Shown here piece after piece: positions 38,989 to 48,062 of a stretch of 64,000 nt of DNA (positions within the stretch are counted from its first letter, which is position 1; each line of letters begins with the position of its first letter). The notes under the pieces were generated by a model. It was not told the DNA's origin. It saw only the letters and a list, made by a program, of their open reading frames with translations, and ran no database searches. The DNA is taken from positions 50,782-114,781 of the forward strand of contig CAZPPL010000001.1 of the NCBI GenBank assembly GCA_964588465.1. Direction: 5' to 3'. The stretch is from an uncultured Gammaproteobacteria bacterium (GTDB lineage: Bacteria > Patescibacteriota > Patescibacteriia > Patescibacteriales > UBA12465). Made by a program: the position numbers and the translations under genes.

Positions 38989-40488
38989 ATGGTAACTAAA
39001 AACAATGACATTCGTTTACGCTTGGCACCTTCTCCTACTGGTTTCCTGCATCTGGGCAATTTACGAACTGCCTTATTTACTTATCTGCTTAGCAGACACT
39101 GGCAGGGAAAATTCATTTTACGTATTGAAGATACTGACCAGAAAAGAATCATACCTGGAGCTAGTAAAAAATTAATAGAGATATTAAAAATAATAGGCTT
39201 AGAATTTGATGAAGGTCCGCATATTGGCGGACAATATGGTCCTTATATTCAATCTAAACGTCAAACGATTTATCATAAATATTCCGAACAGTTATTATCC
39301 AGCGGAAAAGCCTATCGTTGTTTTTGTTCTGAGAAGCGTTTAGATAAAATGCGTAAGATTCAAGAATCTCGACACCAAGCTCCACACTATGATGGCCGGT
39401 GCAGGGAACTGAGCAAATCAGAAATAGAACAAAATATACAAGAAGGCAAAAAATTTGTAATACGTCAAAAAATACCTTCATCTGGAAAATTAGTGGTACG
39501 AGATGAATTGCGAGGAGATATTAATTTTCAATTAGCTACTCTAGACGATCAAATATTAATAAAATCTAACGGAGTTCCTACCTATCAATTTGCCAATGTA
39601 GTAGATGATCATTTAATGAAAATTTCTCATGTTACCCGAGGTGATGAGTGGATTCCATCTTACCCTAAAAATATTCTACTCTACCAAGCTTTTGGCTGGC
39701 TACCACCCAAATTCATTCATTTCCCCTTAATCTTAAATAAAACTGGAGGGGGAAAACTAAGCAAACGTCAAGGAGATGTTTTCGTGGAGGATTATTTAGC
39801 TAAGGGATATCTGCCAGAAGCCTTAATTAATTTTAGTGTCTTATTAGGTTGGCATCCTAAGAATGATAAGGAATTATGGTCACTCTCAGAATTAGAAAAA
39901 AATTTCTCTCTAGATGGTTTAGGTTCTAGTCCAGCAATATTTGACCCAGATAAACTTAATTATTTTAACAGCTATTATATTCGTCAAAAACCCTTGGATG
40001 AATTAGTTGACCTTTGTATTCCTTACCTACAAGCAGCAAATATGGATATTGCCGATAAAATTAAATTAACCAATTTTATTAGCTTGGCTCAGGATCGCTT
40101 AAAAAAATTAAGTGATATTGTAAAATTAACTGATTTTCTATTTAATCTACCAGACTATTCTATAAAGTTATTGACTTGGAAAAATATCAGTTTAGAAAAA
40201 ACGCTTATAAATTTAAAGGAAATAACTAGTGAATTACAAAAAATAGAGGAGACTCACTGGAATAAGGAGTACTTAGAAAAGACTATTTTAGCTTGGATTA
40301 AAAAGAATAATCAAAAAAATGGTGATTATCTATGGCCTTTACGAGTAGCTTTAACTGGTTTAAAAAATAGTCCAGGACCATTTGAGGTGGCTGAAGCCTT
40401 GGGCAAAGTAGAGACCCTTAAACGTATAAATCAAATAAAAATAAGAACTAATCAAAAAAAACTAGGGGAAGAGCAAAAAAAATGTTAA
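38989..40488 (+). CDS. gltX: Glutamate--tRNA ligase
   Basis: APSPTGFLHLGN, LRIEDTD, VVDDHLM, KLSKR. Confidence 0.97.
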   Translation: MVTKNNDIRLRLAPSPTGFLHLGNLRTALFTYLLSRHWQGKFILRIEDTDQKRIIPGASKKLIEILKIIGLEFDEGPHIGGQYGPYIQSKRQTIYHKYSEQLLSSGKAYRCFCSEKRLDKMRKIQESRHQAPHYDGRCRELSKSEIEQNIQEGKKFVIRQKIPSSGKLVVRDELRGDINFQLATLDDQILIKSNGVPTYQFANVVDDHLMKISHVTRGDEWIPSYPKNILLYQAFGWLPPKFIHFPLILNKTGGGKLSKRQGDVFVEDYLAKGYLPEALINFSVLLGWHPKNDKELWSLSELEKNFSLDGLGSSPAIFDPDKLNYFNSYYIRQKPLDELVDLCIPYLQAANMDIADKIKLTNFISLAQDRLKKLSDIVKLTDFLFNLPDYSIKLLTWKNISLEKTLINLKEITSELQKIEETHWNKEYLEKTILAWIKKNNQKNGDYLWPLRVALTGLKNSPGPFEVAEALGKVETLKRINQIKIRTNQKKLGEEQKKC

Positions 40489-40497
40489 AATAATTTC

Positions 40498-41730
40498 ATG
40501 TTAAGTTTTAAGTCAAAATTATTAATACTAATTATTATTTTATTTACCGCCTTAGGCTCTTGGCAATTAAGCAGGGCCGTTTATGGCATTGAACTTAGTC
40601 CAGAGATACAGAGCCTAAATATTAGAATTCAAAATCGTAAAAAACAATTGGATAATATTCAAACTCAGCAACAACAATACCAAGCACAAATCAAGCAAAA
40701 AGAAAATAATCGTATTACTTTAAATAATCAGTTATCTATTTTGAGTGATCGTTTAGCCCAAATCCGATTAGACATCAATAGTGTTAATATAGAAACTAGT
40801 AAAACTCTACTGGAAATTAAAAAAATTGAACTAGATAGTACAAATTTAAAGCAAAAAATCAATACTAGAAAGCAAGATATTGCTGCTTTACTACAATCAA
40901 TGTATCGTAGAAATCAAACTTCAGTTCTGGAAACTCTACTACTAAATAATTCTTTAAGTGATTTTCTAAATCAGGCTAAATATCTAGCTGATACCAATCA
41001 AGAATTAGCTAATAGCGTTAATAATCTAAAAATCCAAAAAAATCAATTAAATCAGAATAAACTAGCTTTAGGTCAAAAAAATAAGAATCTACTAAACTTT
41101 AAAACTCAATTACAGCAGAAACAAGAAGATTTAAGCTACGAACAACAAAATAAAAGTGTGCTATTAGGTGAGACCGATTCTTCAGAACAAAAATATCAAG
41201 CTCTAATACAACAAGGTCTAGCTCAGCGTCGTCAAGCTGAGGCAGACATTTCTGCTGCCGAACAATTAGTTAGACAAAAAATGTCTAAACAAGATCAGAA
41301 AATTCTTAGCACTGATAATAATACAATTGACTGGCCAGTACCTTCACATATTATTAATGCTAGTTTTCACGATCCAGATTATCCTTTTAGAAAACTTATC
41401 GGCGAACATTCAGGTATTGATATCCGAGCTAAACAGGGAACTATAATTAAAGCGGCTGCTGACGGTTATGTAGCTAAAGTTAAATTTGATGGTACTAAAA
41501 ACTACGCTTATATTATGCTGATTCATGGTAAAGGCCTTTCTACAGTCTATGGCCATGTTTCCGCAGTCTTTGTTACCACTGACCAATATGTAAGTCAAGG
41601 TGAGCCTATTGGTCGGACTGGTGGTACTCCAGGCACTGTCGGCTCTGGTCCCTTTACCACTGGACCACATTTACATTTTGAAGTACGTTTAAACGGAATT
41701 CCAGTTAATCCTATGAATTATCTACCCTAG
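40498..41730 (+). CDS. M23 peptidase with N-terminal coiled coil
   Basis: Signal anchor, long coiled coil, HSGID, YGH, TGPHLHFEVR. Confidence 0.92.
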   Translation: MLSFKSKLLILIIILFTALGSWQLSRAVYGIELSPEIQSLNIRIQNRKKQLDNIQTQQQQYQAQIKQKENNRITLNNQLSILSDRLAQIRLDINSVNIETSKTLLEIKKIELDSTNLKQKINTRKQDIAALLQSMYRRNQTSVLETLLLNNSLSDFLNQAKYLADTNQELANSVNNLKIQKNQLNQNKLALGQKNKNLLNFKTQLQQKQEDLSYEQQNKSVLLGETDSSEQKYQALIQQGLAQRRQAEADISAAEQLVRQKMSKQDQKILSTDNNTIDWPVPSHIINASFHDPDYPFRKLIGEHSGIDIRAKQGTIIKAAADGYVAKVKFDGTKNYAYIMLIHGKGLSTVYGHVSAVFVTTDQYVSQGEPIGRTGGTPGTVGSGPFTTGPHLHFEVRLNGIPVNPMNYLP

Positions 41731-42681
41731 ATCTCTGTTATCATGTACTCGGCGATGAATATCCCTTAATTGCTTATTAGTTACATGGGTATAAATTTGA
41801 GTAGTAGCAATATTACTATGGCCTAGGAACTCTTGCACGGTTCTTAAATCAACCCCTTGATTTAGTAAATCAGTAGCAAAGGAATGACGAAGAGTGTGAG
41901 GCGTGGCCATTACTGGTAGGCCAGAAATTTTAACATATTTTTTAACAATAGCTTCAATACTTTTTACAGTTAAACGCCGAGATTCTGAATCTAATTTCTT
42001 CGCTCTGCGATAATTGATAAATAGAGCCTTATCCAAATCTTTGCGTTCCTGAAAATAATGGCCTATAGCCTTAATAGCTCTATCAGAAAAATAAACTGTC
42101 CGAATCTTATCACCCTTACCAACTACGGCTATTTCTAAATCTTTAGTATCTGCTTTAATTATTAATTGATCTCTATCTAAAGCTACTAACTCGGCCACAC
42201 GCAGACCAGTGGAAAACAAAGTTTCTAAAATAGCCCGATCACGAAGACCAATGATATTATCAGTCTTAGGGGCTTTTAAAAGCTGGGCCAATTGCTTTAA
42301 ATTTAAAAATTTTATTTCTTTATCAGATTTATCTTTAGCTAATTTCACTTTAGAGGATGGCAGGGAAGTAATATTCTGTTCAGCAAAAAATTCTAAAATG
42401 GAACGTAAAGCAATTAGATAATAGTTTTGAGTATTTTTTTTTAGAGTCTGGTTGGTTATAGGATTAATATGGCGAGAAAGATATACTTTATACCGCCAAA
42501 TATGTTCTGAGGTCAGGGAAGCGGGTTTTAGGCTCTCCTGATGGGTAATACTTAACCAATTAAAGAACTTTTTTAAAAAACGAGCATAATTTTCTTGAGT
42601 CTTAGAGGATAAGCCCTTTTCAATCTCACAATAATCTAAAAAATCTATTAAATATTTAATTAGAGGTTTGTTACGGTTCAT
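41722..42681 (-). CDS. XerC/XerD-like tyrosine recombinase
   Basis: SAM-like N-domain, RDRAILE..TGLRVAEL, GKGDK, HTLRHSFAT, LGH, TQIY. Confidence 0.93.
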   Translation of the reverse strand: MNRNKPLIKYLIDFLDYCEIEKGLSSKTQENYARFLKKFFNWLSITHQESLKPASLTSEHIWRYKVYLSRHINPITNQTLKKNTQNYYLIALRSILEFFAEQNITSLPSSKVKLAKDKSDKEIKFLNLKQLAQLLKAPKTDNIIGLRDRAILETLFSTGLRVAELVALDRDQLIIKADTKDLEIAVVGKGDKIRTVYFSDRAIKAIGHYFQERKDLDKALFINYRRAKKLDSESRRLTVKSIEAIVKKYVKISGLPVMATPHTLRHSFATDLLNQGVDLRTVQEFLGHSNIATTQIYTHVTNKQLRDIHRRVHDNRDLG

Positions 42682-42762
42682 ATTTTAATTGATAGATTAA
42701 ACAGGGTAGAGTTAATAATTCTAGAGTTTATAGGAATTAGTCTAATATTTAGCTTTAACAAT

Positions 42763-42790
42763 ACTTCGCATAATGTATATTAATAAACCT
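42763..42790. other. dif-like Xer binding site
   Basis: ACTTCGCATAA-TGTATA-TTAATAAACCT (11-6-11), about 80 bp upstream of xer; left arm and spacer are dif-like, right arm is divergent. Confidence 0.6.
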
Positions 42791-42835
42791 ATATATTATA
42801 ATATATTATAATTTAAGGCTTAAAGCAAATATTAC

Positions 42836-42976
42836 CTAACTAAGCATGACTCCCATTAAATACACTGCGGGATGGAATAAAAGAATTATTTTAATAACTA
42901 ATAAAAAAATTCCAATAATAGTTATACAAAATATGATTACCGCCAAAAAAAATAAAAATTTAAAAATTCCTTCCAT
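42836..42976 (-). CDS. 46-aa hydrophobic membrane protein (not in ORF track)
   Basis: MEGIFKFLFFLAVIIFCITIIGIFLLVIKIILLFHPAVYLMGVMLS*; starts 11 nt after the ftsQ-like stop. Confidence 0.6.
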   Translation of the reverse strand: MEGIFKFLFFLAVIIFCITIIGIFLLVIKIILLFHPAVYLMGVMLS

Positions 42977-42987
42977 ATATTTTGAAA

Positions 42988-43848
42988 TTAATTAAAATTT
43001 GGATTAACAAATACTCGATTACCATAACGCAAATCAATATATTTAGTTCTCTTAAAATTATCCTTGATTTTACGATTTTTTACAAGTAATAAAATATTAA
43101 TTTGACGATTAATACTGTCTTTAACATTAAAATATACTACTGGTCCATTAATAAACTTAACTTTTACCGTATTTAGTTCAGAATCTATTATAAATTTACC
43201 CACCGGTAGATCTGGATGGCTAGCTAAAGCTTTATCAAGTGCAAAAATAAAACTTAAATGATTAGCTTTAATATTAATTCTATCATGATTACTGATTAAA
43301 GTGCCAGGATTATCATTCTCTAATAAAAAATATTTTTTTTCATCAGAGATTTTAACTGGTGGTTGCTTAATAATATAACCATCAGCAGAGGCATAAAATA
43401 ACTTAGTTCCCTCTTGAAAAATAAAAGCATAGGGGCGTTCATTGATTACCACCTTTAAGGTATGAGGCCATTCTTTTTTTATCTCTGCCGCCGCAACATT
43501 ATATTTATCAATAATATTTTTACTAGCTTGAGTGTCGTCAAATAAAAAGATATTGCTTTGTTTAAAAAATACCCAGCGTCTAGAACTGCTTTGATCCCAA
43601 ATAATTTTATTTATTTCTCCTTGCGGAGCTCGGGTCAGACCAATAACTATAATATTTTGAATACGCCAAAAAGGAGCAAGTAGAAAAAACCAAATTAGAA
43701 AAATTAGCGATAAAAATATAAGAATCAGAGTCTGTTTGTTATTCAAGTGTTTATTTTTGCCAGAGGAAGAATGACGAAAAAAAGGATTAGGTAAATTCTT
43801 TCTTTGATAATCTTTCTTTACTTTTTTAAAATGAAATCTTTTAGTCAT
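42988..43848 (-). CDS. ftsQ: FtsQ/DivIB-like cell division protein
   Basis: Basic N-tail, TM, POTRA (IKKEWPHTLKVVINER), C-terminal YIDLRYGNRV. Confidence 0.75.
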   Translation of the reverse strand: MTKRFHFKKVKKDYQRKNLPNPFFRHSSSGKNKHLNNKQTLILIFLSLIFLIWFFLLAPFWRIQNIIVIGLTRAPQGEINKIIWDQSSSRRWVFFKQSNIFLFDDTQASKNIIDKYNVAAAEIKKEWPHTLKVVINERPYAFIFQEGTKLFYASADGYIIKQPPVKISDEKKYFLLENDNPGTLISNHDRINIKANHLSFIFALDKALASHPDLPVGKFIIDSELNTVKVKFINGPVVYFNVKDSINRQINILLLVKNRKIKDNFKRTKYIDLRYGNRVFVNPNFN

Positions 43849-43883
43849 TTTTTATCTAATATAAAGTGAATATAATGAATAAG

Positions 43884-45020
43884 CTATACTACTTCCCTTC
43901 TAATGTTAGCTTGTAATCTAACCAGTAATTCGTAAGGAACAGTGCCTATTAAACCAGCTAAATTATGTACAGAATTTATGGCCGAGGAATCATTAGAAAT
44001 TATGTTAACTATATTGCCTAGTGCTACGGTATGGGAACCAACCAATAAGCAAGTCAAATTCATACTGACATTGCCAGCAACCTGAGCAATGAATTCTTCT
44101 TGTGAAGATTTAACTAGGAAACTAGCACGATTGGAAAAACGACGATCCAAACCTTCAAAATAGCCAAAAGGGATAAGTGCTATTTGAGTCGGCACTTTAG
44201 TTTGGTAGTTTTCATTATAAGAAACCGTCTCTCCAGCTTTTAAATTCTGAATGGCTATAATATGGGAAAACAGCTGTAATGCAGGCTTGAGAAACTCTTC
44301 TGGCTCTTTATTGTCTATCAGCGGATTATAGCCATACAGGGCTAAACCAGTGCGATAAGCGGTTAATAATTTGTTATGAAGGGTCCAAATCGCCGCCGAA
44401 TTACCCAAATGGACCCAACGGGGGAAATAACCAGCAGAACGTAGTTTTTCTACCGCTTCAATAAAAATTAACTCTTGACGCTTATTTAAAGGTGAAACTT
44501 CGTCAGCAGAGGCTAAATGAGAACAAATACCAACTATACTAACCCTATCTAAATAATCTTTATTTTTAAGGAGAAATGTTCCAAAATTCTGAATGCCTTC
44601 ACGGTTCATACCAGAATTTATAAATAAATGAATTTTGATTTTTTTACCAAAACGAGATAAATATTTTAAAGTATCGGTATTATAAACGACAACTTCTGTT
44701 TTGGAAAAATGTAAATATTTATAGGCATGATGAGGCATCTCGCCTAATATTAACACATCTCGTTTAAAATATTTATAGACAACTTGGGCTTCTGGAAAAG
44801 AATCAACCGCTACTATTGGGGCAGAAGTCTTATTAAGTAATTTAGCAATTTCTTTTAAGCCGTGTCCATAAGCATTAGATTTTAAAACAGGGAAAATTGC
44901 AGCAGTACTTTGTAAGCTTTGCAAATATTTATAATTAGCAATAATATTAGCCCCTCTAATTTCTATCTTATTTAAAGTGGGATATTTAGGTCTTAATAAT
45001 TTTCTTAAAAAATCAAGCAT
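43884..45020 (-). CDS. alr: Alanine racemase
   Basis: VLKSNAYGHG, SGMNREG, SHLA, GYFEG, GNVSMN. Confidence 0.93.
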   Translation of the reverse strand: MLDFLRKLLRPKYPTLNKIEIRGANIIANYKYLQSLQSTAAIFPVLKSNAYGHGLKEIAKLLNKTSAPIVAVDSFPEAQVVYKYFKRDVLILGEMPHHAYKYLHFSKTEVVVYNTDTLKYLSRFGKKIKIHLFINSGMNREGIQNFGTFLLKNKDYLDRVSIVGICSHLASADEVSPLNKRQELIFIEAVEKLRSAGYFPRWVHLGNSAAIWTLHNKLLTAYRTGLALYGYNPLIDNKEPEEFLKPALQLFSHIIAIQNLKAGETVSYNENYQTKVPTQIALIPFGYFEGLDRRFSNRASFLVKSSQEEFIAQVAGNVSMNLTCLLVGSHTVALGNIVNIISNDSSAINSVHNLAGLIGTVPYELLVRLQANIRREVV

Positions 45021-45043
45021 AGACAAAACTGCTGATAGATTGA

Positions 45044-46297
45044 CTAATGGGCTTTAATAATTTTCATACCTCGTGGTAAGTATTTACGCAAAATTTTGGG
45101 AATAATTACTGAACCATCGGCCTGCTGATTCTGTTCTAATATTGCTGGTAGCAAGCGACTAGTGGCTAAACCTGAGGCATTTAAAGTGTGTACAAACTCA
45201 TTTTTCCCACTGTCTGAATCTTTATAACGAATTTGACCACGACGCGCTTGATAATCTAAAGCATTAGAAATACTACTAACTTCTTTATATTCTGCCATAC
45301 TAGGAATAAATACTTCCAAATCATAAGTTTTAGCCATAGCCGCACTACAGTCTCCCGCCGCCAATTTGGAGACCTGAAAATGAAGGCCTAAACCAGTAAC
45401 TAATTCTTTAGCGTTATTAACTAATTCGGCAAACATTTCCCATGATTTCTTGGGTTTGCAAAGAATGAACATTTCTACTTTATTGAATTGGTGACCCCGG
45501 ATCATTCCTCGCTCTTCAGCTCTATAACTACCAGCTTCGCGTCTAAAACAAGGAGAATAAGCAAAATATTTTAAAGGTAGATCCTCCTCCTTCAGAATTT
45601 CCTCACGATGATAATTACCTAACATCATCTCACTAGTGGCATTCAGACATAAATCATCCTGAGTCCAAAATAAATCATCTCTAAATTTTGGTAAATGACC
45701 AGAAGTATAAGCAGATTTTTCAGTGAGCATAAAAGGAGGAATCAAAAATTCGTAAGCATTTTTATGATGCCATTCTATAAAATAGGATAATAAGGCCCAC
45801 TCTAATAGTGCCCCAGTACCAGTATAACACCAGAAACCATTACCCGACATTTTAACCGCTCGTTCATAATCAATTAATTTTAAACTGGTCGCTAATTCCA
45901 CGTGATCTTTAGGTTTAAAATTAAATTTTGGTTTAGAATTATAAGTAAAAATCACCTCATTATTTTCCTTTCCTCCAGAAACTACGTCAGCAGCTGGCAA
46001 ATTTGGTAATTCTGCTAAACGATTATTTAATTCTCCTTCCACTTGAGTTAACCTATTACTTAAAATTTTGATTTTTTCACCAACGCTTTTCATTTCTTCA
46101 ATAATTTCTAAACTAGGTTTAGTCTTGGAATATTTGTTACGTTGGGCTTGTAAGGCTTCCAGCTTTGGAGTCAATTCACGACGTTCATTGTCCAAAGTAA
46201 TAATTTTTTCCAAATCTAATTTTTCCGCTGACATCCTTTTCAGAAGTCCAGCTTTAACTTCTACGGTTTTTTCTCTTATTAATTTTAGATCCAACAT
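45044..46297 (-). CDS. serS: Serine--tRNA ligase
   Basis: N-terminal coiled coil, ATSE, FRREAG, GHQFNKVE, HTLNASGLA. Confidence 0.97.
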   Translation of the reverse strand: MLDLKLIREKTVEVKAGLLKRMSAEKLDLEKIITLDNERRELTPKLEALQAQRNKYSKTKPSLEIIEEMKSVGEKIKILSNRLTQVEGELNNRLAELPNLPAADVVSGGKENNEVIFTYNSKPKFNFKPKDHVELATSLKLIDYERAVKMSGNGFWCYTGTGALLEWALLSYFIEWHHKNAYEFLIPPFMLTEKSAYTSGHLPKFRDDLFWTQDDLCLNATSEMMLGNYHREEILKEEDLPLKYFAYSPCFRREAGSYRAEERGMIRGHQFNKVEMFILCKPKKSWEMFAELVNNAKELVTGLGLHFQVSKLAAGDCSAAMAKTYDLEVFIPSMAEYKEVSSISNALDYQARRGQIRYKDSDSGKNEFVHTLNASGLATSRLLPAILEQNQQADGSVIIPKILRKYLPRGMKIIKAH

Positions 46298-46324
46298 AAA
46301 TTTATGGTCTTTAACTTTTTAATC

Positions 46325-48034
46325 TTAATTAATCACTTCCCCACCGAATTGATTCAATAAATCTGTAAGTAAGTTAGTAGTGGGCTTATCAGAACGTAAT
46401 TCAGCTTTCTTCTTATCTAACGTTTCACTTTGCTGAGACAAAGAAGAGGTAGAGGACGGAGAGGAAGTAGAACCAGCTTTCTCCGTTATTAAAGGACTAG
46501 AACTAGTTAGGAGAGAATGTTTAATTTCTAAATTTTCATTAATCACTGAGCTAAAAGTTAAATTCTCGGAGAAAACTTCCGCTAAAGTGGTACTCATAAT
46601 ATTTCTAATATTAGCATCATTAATTCGGTCTTGATGAAATTTATACTTAAAAATTAGGAATAAGTTACCATTTTTTATCTCTCTAGCTTCACAATTTTGT
46701 AAGACAAAAGATAGAGAATGGTTATGTTTTTTAATTTTTAATAAAAATTCTGGCCATTTATTAATAATCTCCGCTCTAGTTAGAGTAAGATTAGATTTTT
46801 TTATAGGCTTAAGTGGAGTAGTTGGCGATGTTTTGGAAACTGAGGCAGCTGATGAAGTAAATTTAGTATTTCTTTCCTGACCTGAGGGTTTAGTAGGAGA
46901 ATTAAATTCGTTTGATGAACTTATAATTACTGATTGGGCAGAATCTAAACATAATTCAGCAACCGTTAATTCTAAAGGAAACTGGGGGATTGATAAATTC
47001 TTATAATTGTTGCTAATATTTAAAAATTTTCTAGTAAAATTAAAAATTTGTTCCCAAGTCAAATTGGCAGTTACCACTACCAATCTCTTCTCTAAACTTT
47101 CTCCTAAATCTAAGCCTAAACTATCTACCAATTCGGGACTTAATTTATTAAGCATTACTTTACGTAACAATTCAATTATTTCGTTAGTGAAAATCTTAAC
47201 GCTGATCCCGTTGTCCATTAAACTATTAATTAAAGTTACTGCCTTAGCCGCCTCTTTACGGCTTAAATAGTCTAATAGGCTAATAGCTTCATTACTATTA
47301 TAATGAGGGATGACCAACTCTGCCTGTTCTCTACTTATTTTCTTATCACTAATTGAAAAAATTTTTCCTAATAGACTCTCAGCATCTCTTAAATGTCCAC
47401 TAGAACGACGGGCCACTGCTTCTAGAACTTCGGTATCAATACTAACTTGCTCATTACTGGCAATATAAGTTAATTTTTTAACGATATCCTTTACACTGAT
47501 ACGCTTAAAATCATAACGCTCACAACGGGAAACTACGGTGCCAGGAACCTTTTGAATTTCGGTGGTACATAATATAAATATAGTATTAGCAGGAGGTTCT
47601 TCAATAATTTTTAACAGAGCATTAAAAGCTGATAAGGACAACATGTGTACTTCATCAATAATAAAAACCTTGAATTTAGCACTTACTGGAGCTAAACGAG
47701 AAAAGGCAATAATATTTTCTCGTACATTATCAACTCCAGTATTACTAGCCGCATCAATTTCCACCACATCTAAATTATTACCAGCAGTAATACTGGCACA
47801 ACTATCACAAGTATTACAGGGTTCATATTCCCCCTTAGCTCGATTTTCGCAATTAAGGGCTTTAGCTAAAACCCGAGCTAGAGTAGTTTTACCAACTGCC
47901 CGTGGTCCACAGAACAAATAAGCACTAGCTGGACGATTAGCCTCAATTTCGTGCTGTAAAGTTATTTTAATACTATTCTGCCCTAGAACTTCAGAAAAAT
48001 TCTGGGGGCGATAATCACGATACAAAGTAGACAT
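46325..48034 (-). CDS. dnaX: DNA polymerase III subunit gamma/tau
   Basis: LYRDYRP, GPRAVGKTT, zinc Cys, EIDAAS, IIDEVHML, SRC. Confidence 0.96.
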   Translation of the reverse strand: MSTLYRDYRPQNFSEVLGQNSIKITLQHEIEANRPASAYLFCGPRAVGKTTLARVLAKALNCENRAKGEYEPCNTCDSCASITAGNNLDVVEIDAASNTGVDNVRENIIAFSRLAPVSAKFKVFIIDEVHMLSLSAFNALLKIIEEPPANTIFILCTTEIQKVPGTVVSRCERYDFKRISVKDIVKKLTYIASNEQVSIDTEVLEAVARRSSGHLRDAESLLGKIFSISDKKISREQAELVIPHYNSNEAISLLDYLSRKEAAKAVTLINSLMDNGISVKIFTNEIIELLRKVMLNKLSPELVDSLGLDLGESLEKRLVVVTANLTWEQIFNFTRKFLNISNNYKNLSIPQFPLELTVAELCLDSAQSVIISSSNEFNSPTKPSGQERNTKFTSSAASVSKTSPTTPLKPIKKSNLTLTRAEIINKWPEFLLKIKKHNHSLSFVLQNCEAREIKNGNLFLIFKYKFHQDRINDANIRNIMSTTLAEVFSENLTFSSVINENLEIKHSLLTSSSPLITEKAGSTSSPSSTSSLSQQSETLDKKKAELRSDKPTTNLLTDLLNQFGGEVIN

Positions 48035-48062
48035 AAAATTCTAAAACTCTTAAAAATATGAA

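Noticed and set aside
41722-42681. Tyrosine recombinase as a prophage integrase or integron IntI
   Set aside because: Xer-like length and motifs, no obvious IntI-specific insertion, housekeeping neighbours, no phage genes, and 21 kb from the attC-like site.
42791-42811. ATATATTATA tandem repeat as a CRISPR or iteron
   Set aside because: Only two low-complexity copies in AT-rich DNA; no repeat-spacer array seen anywhere in the window.
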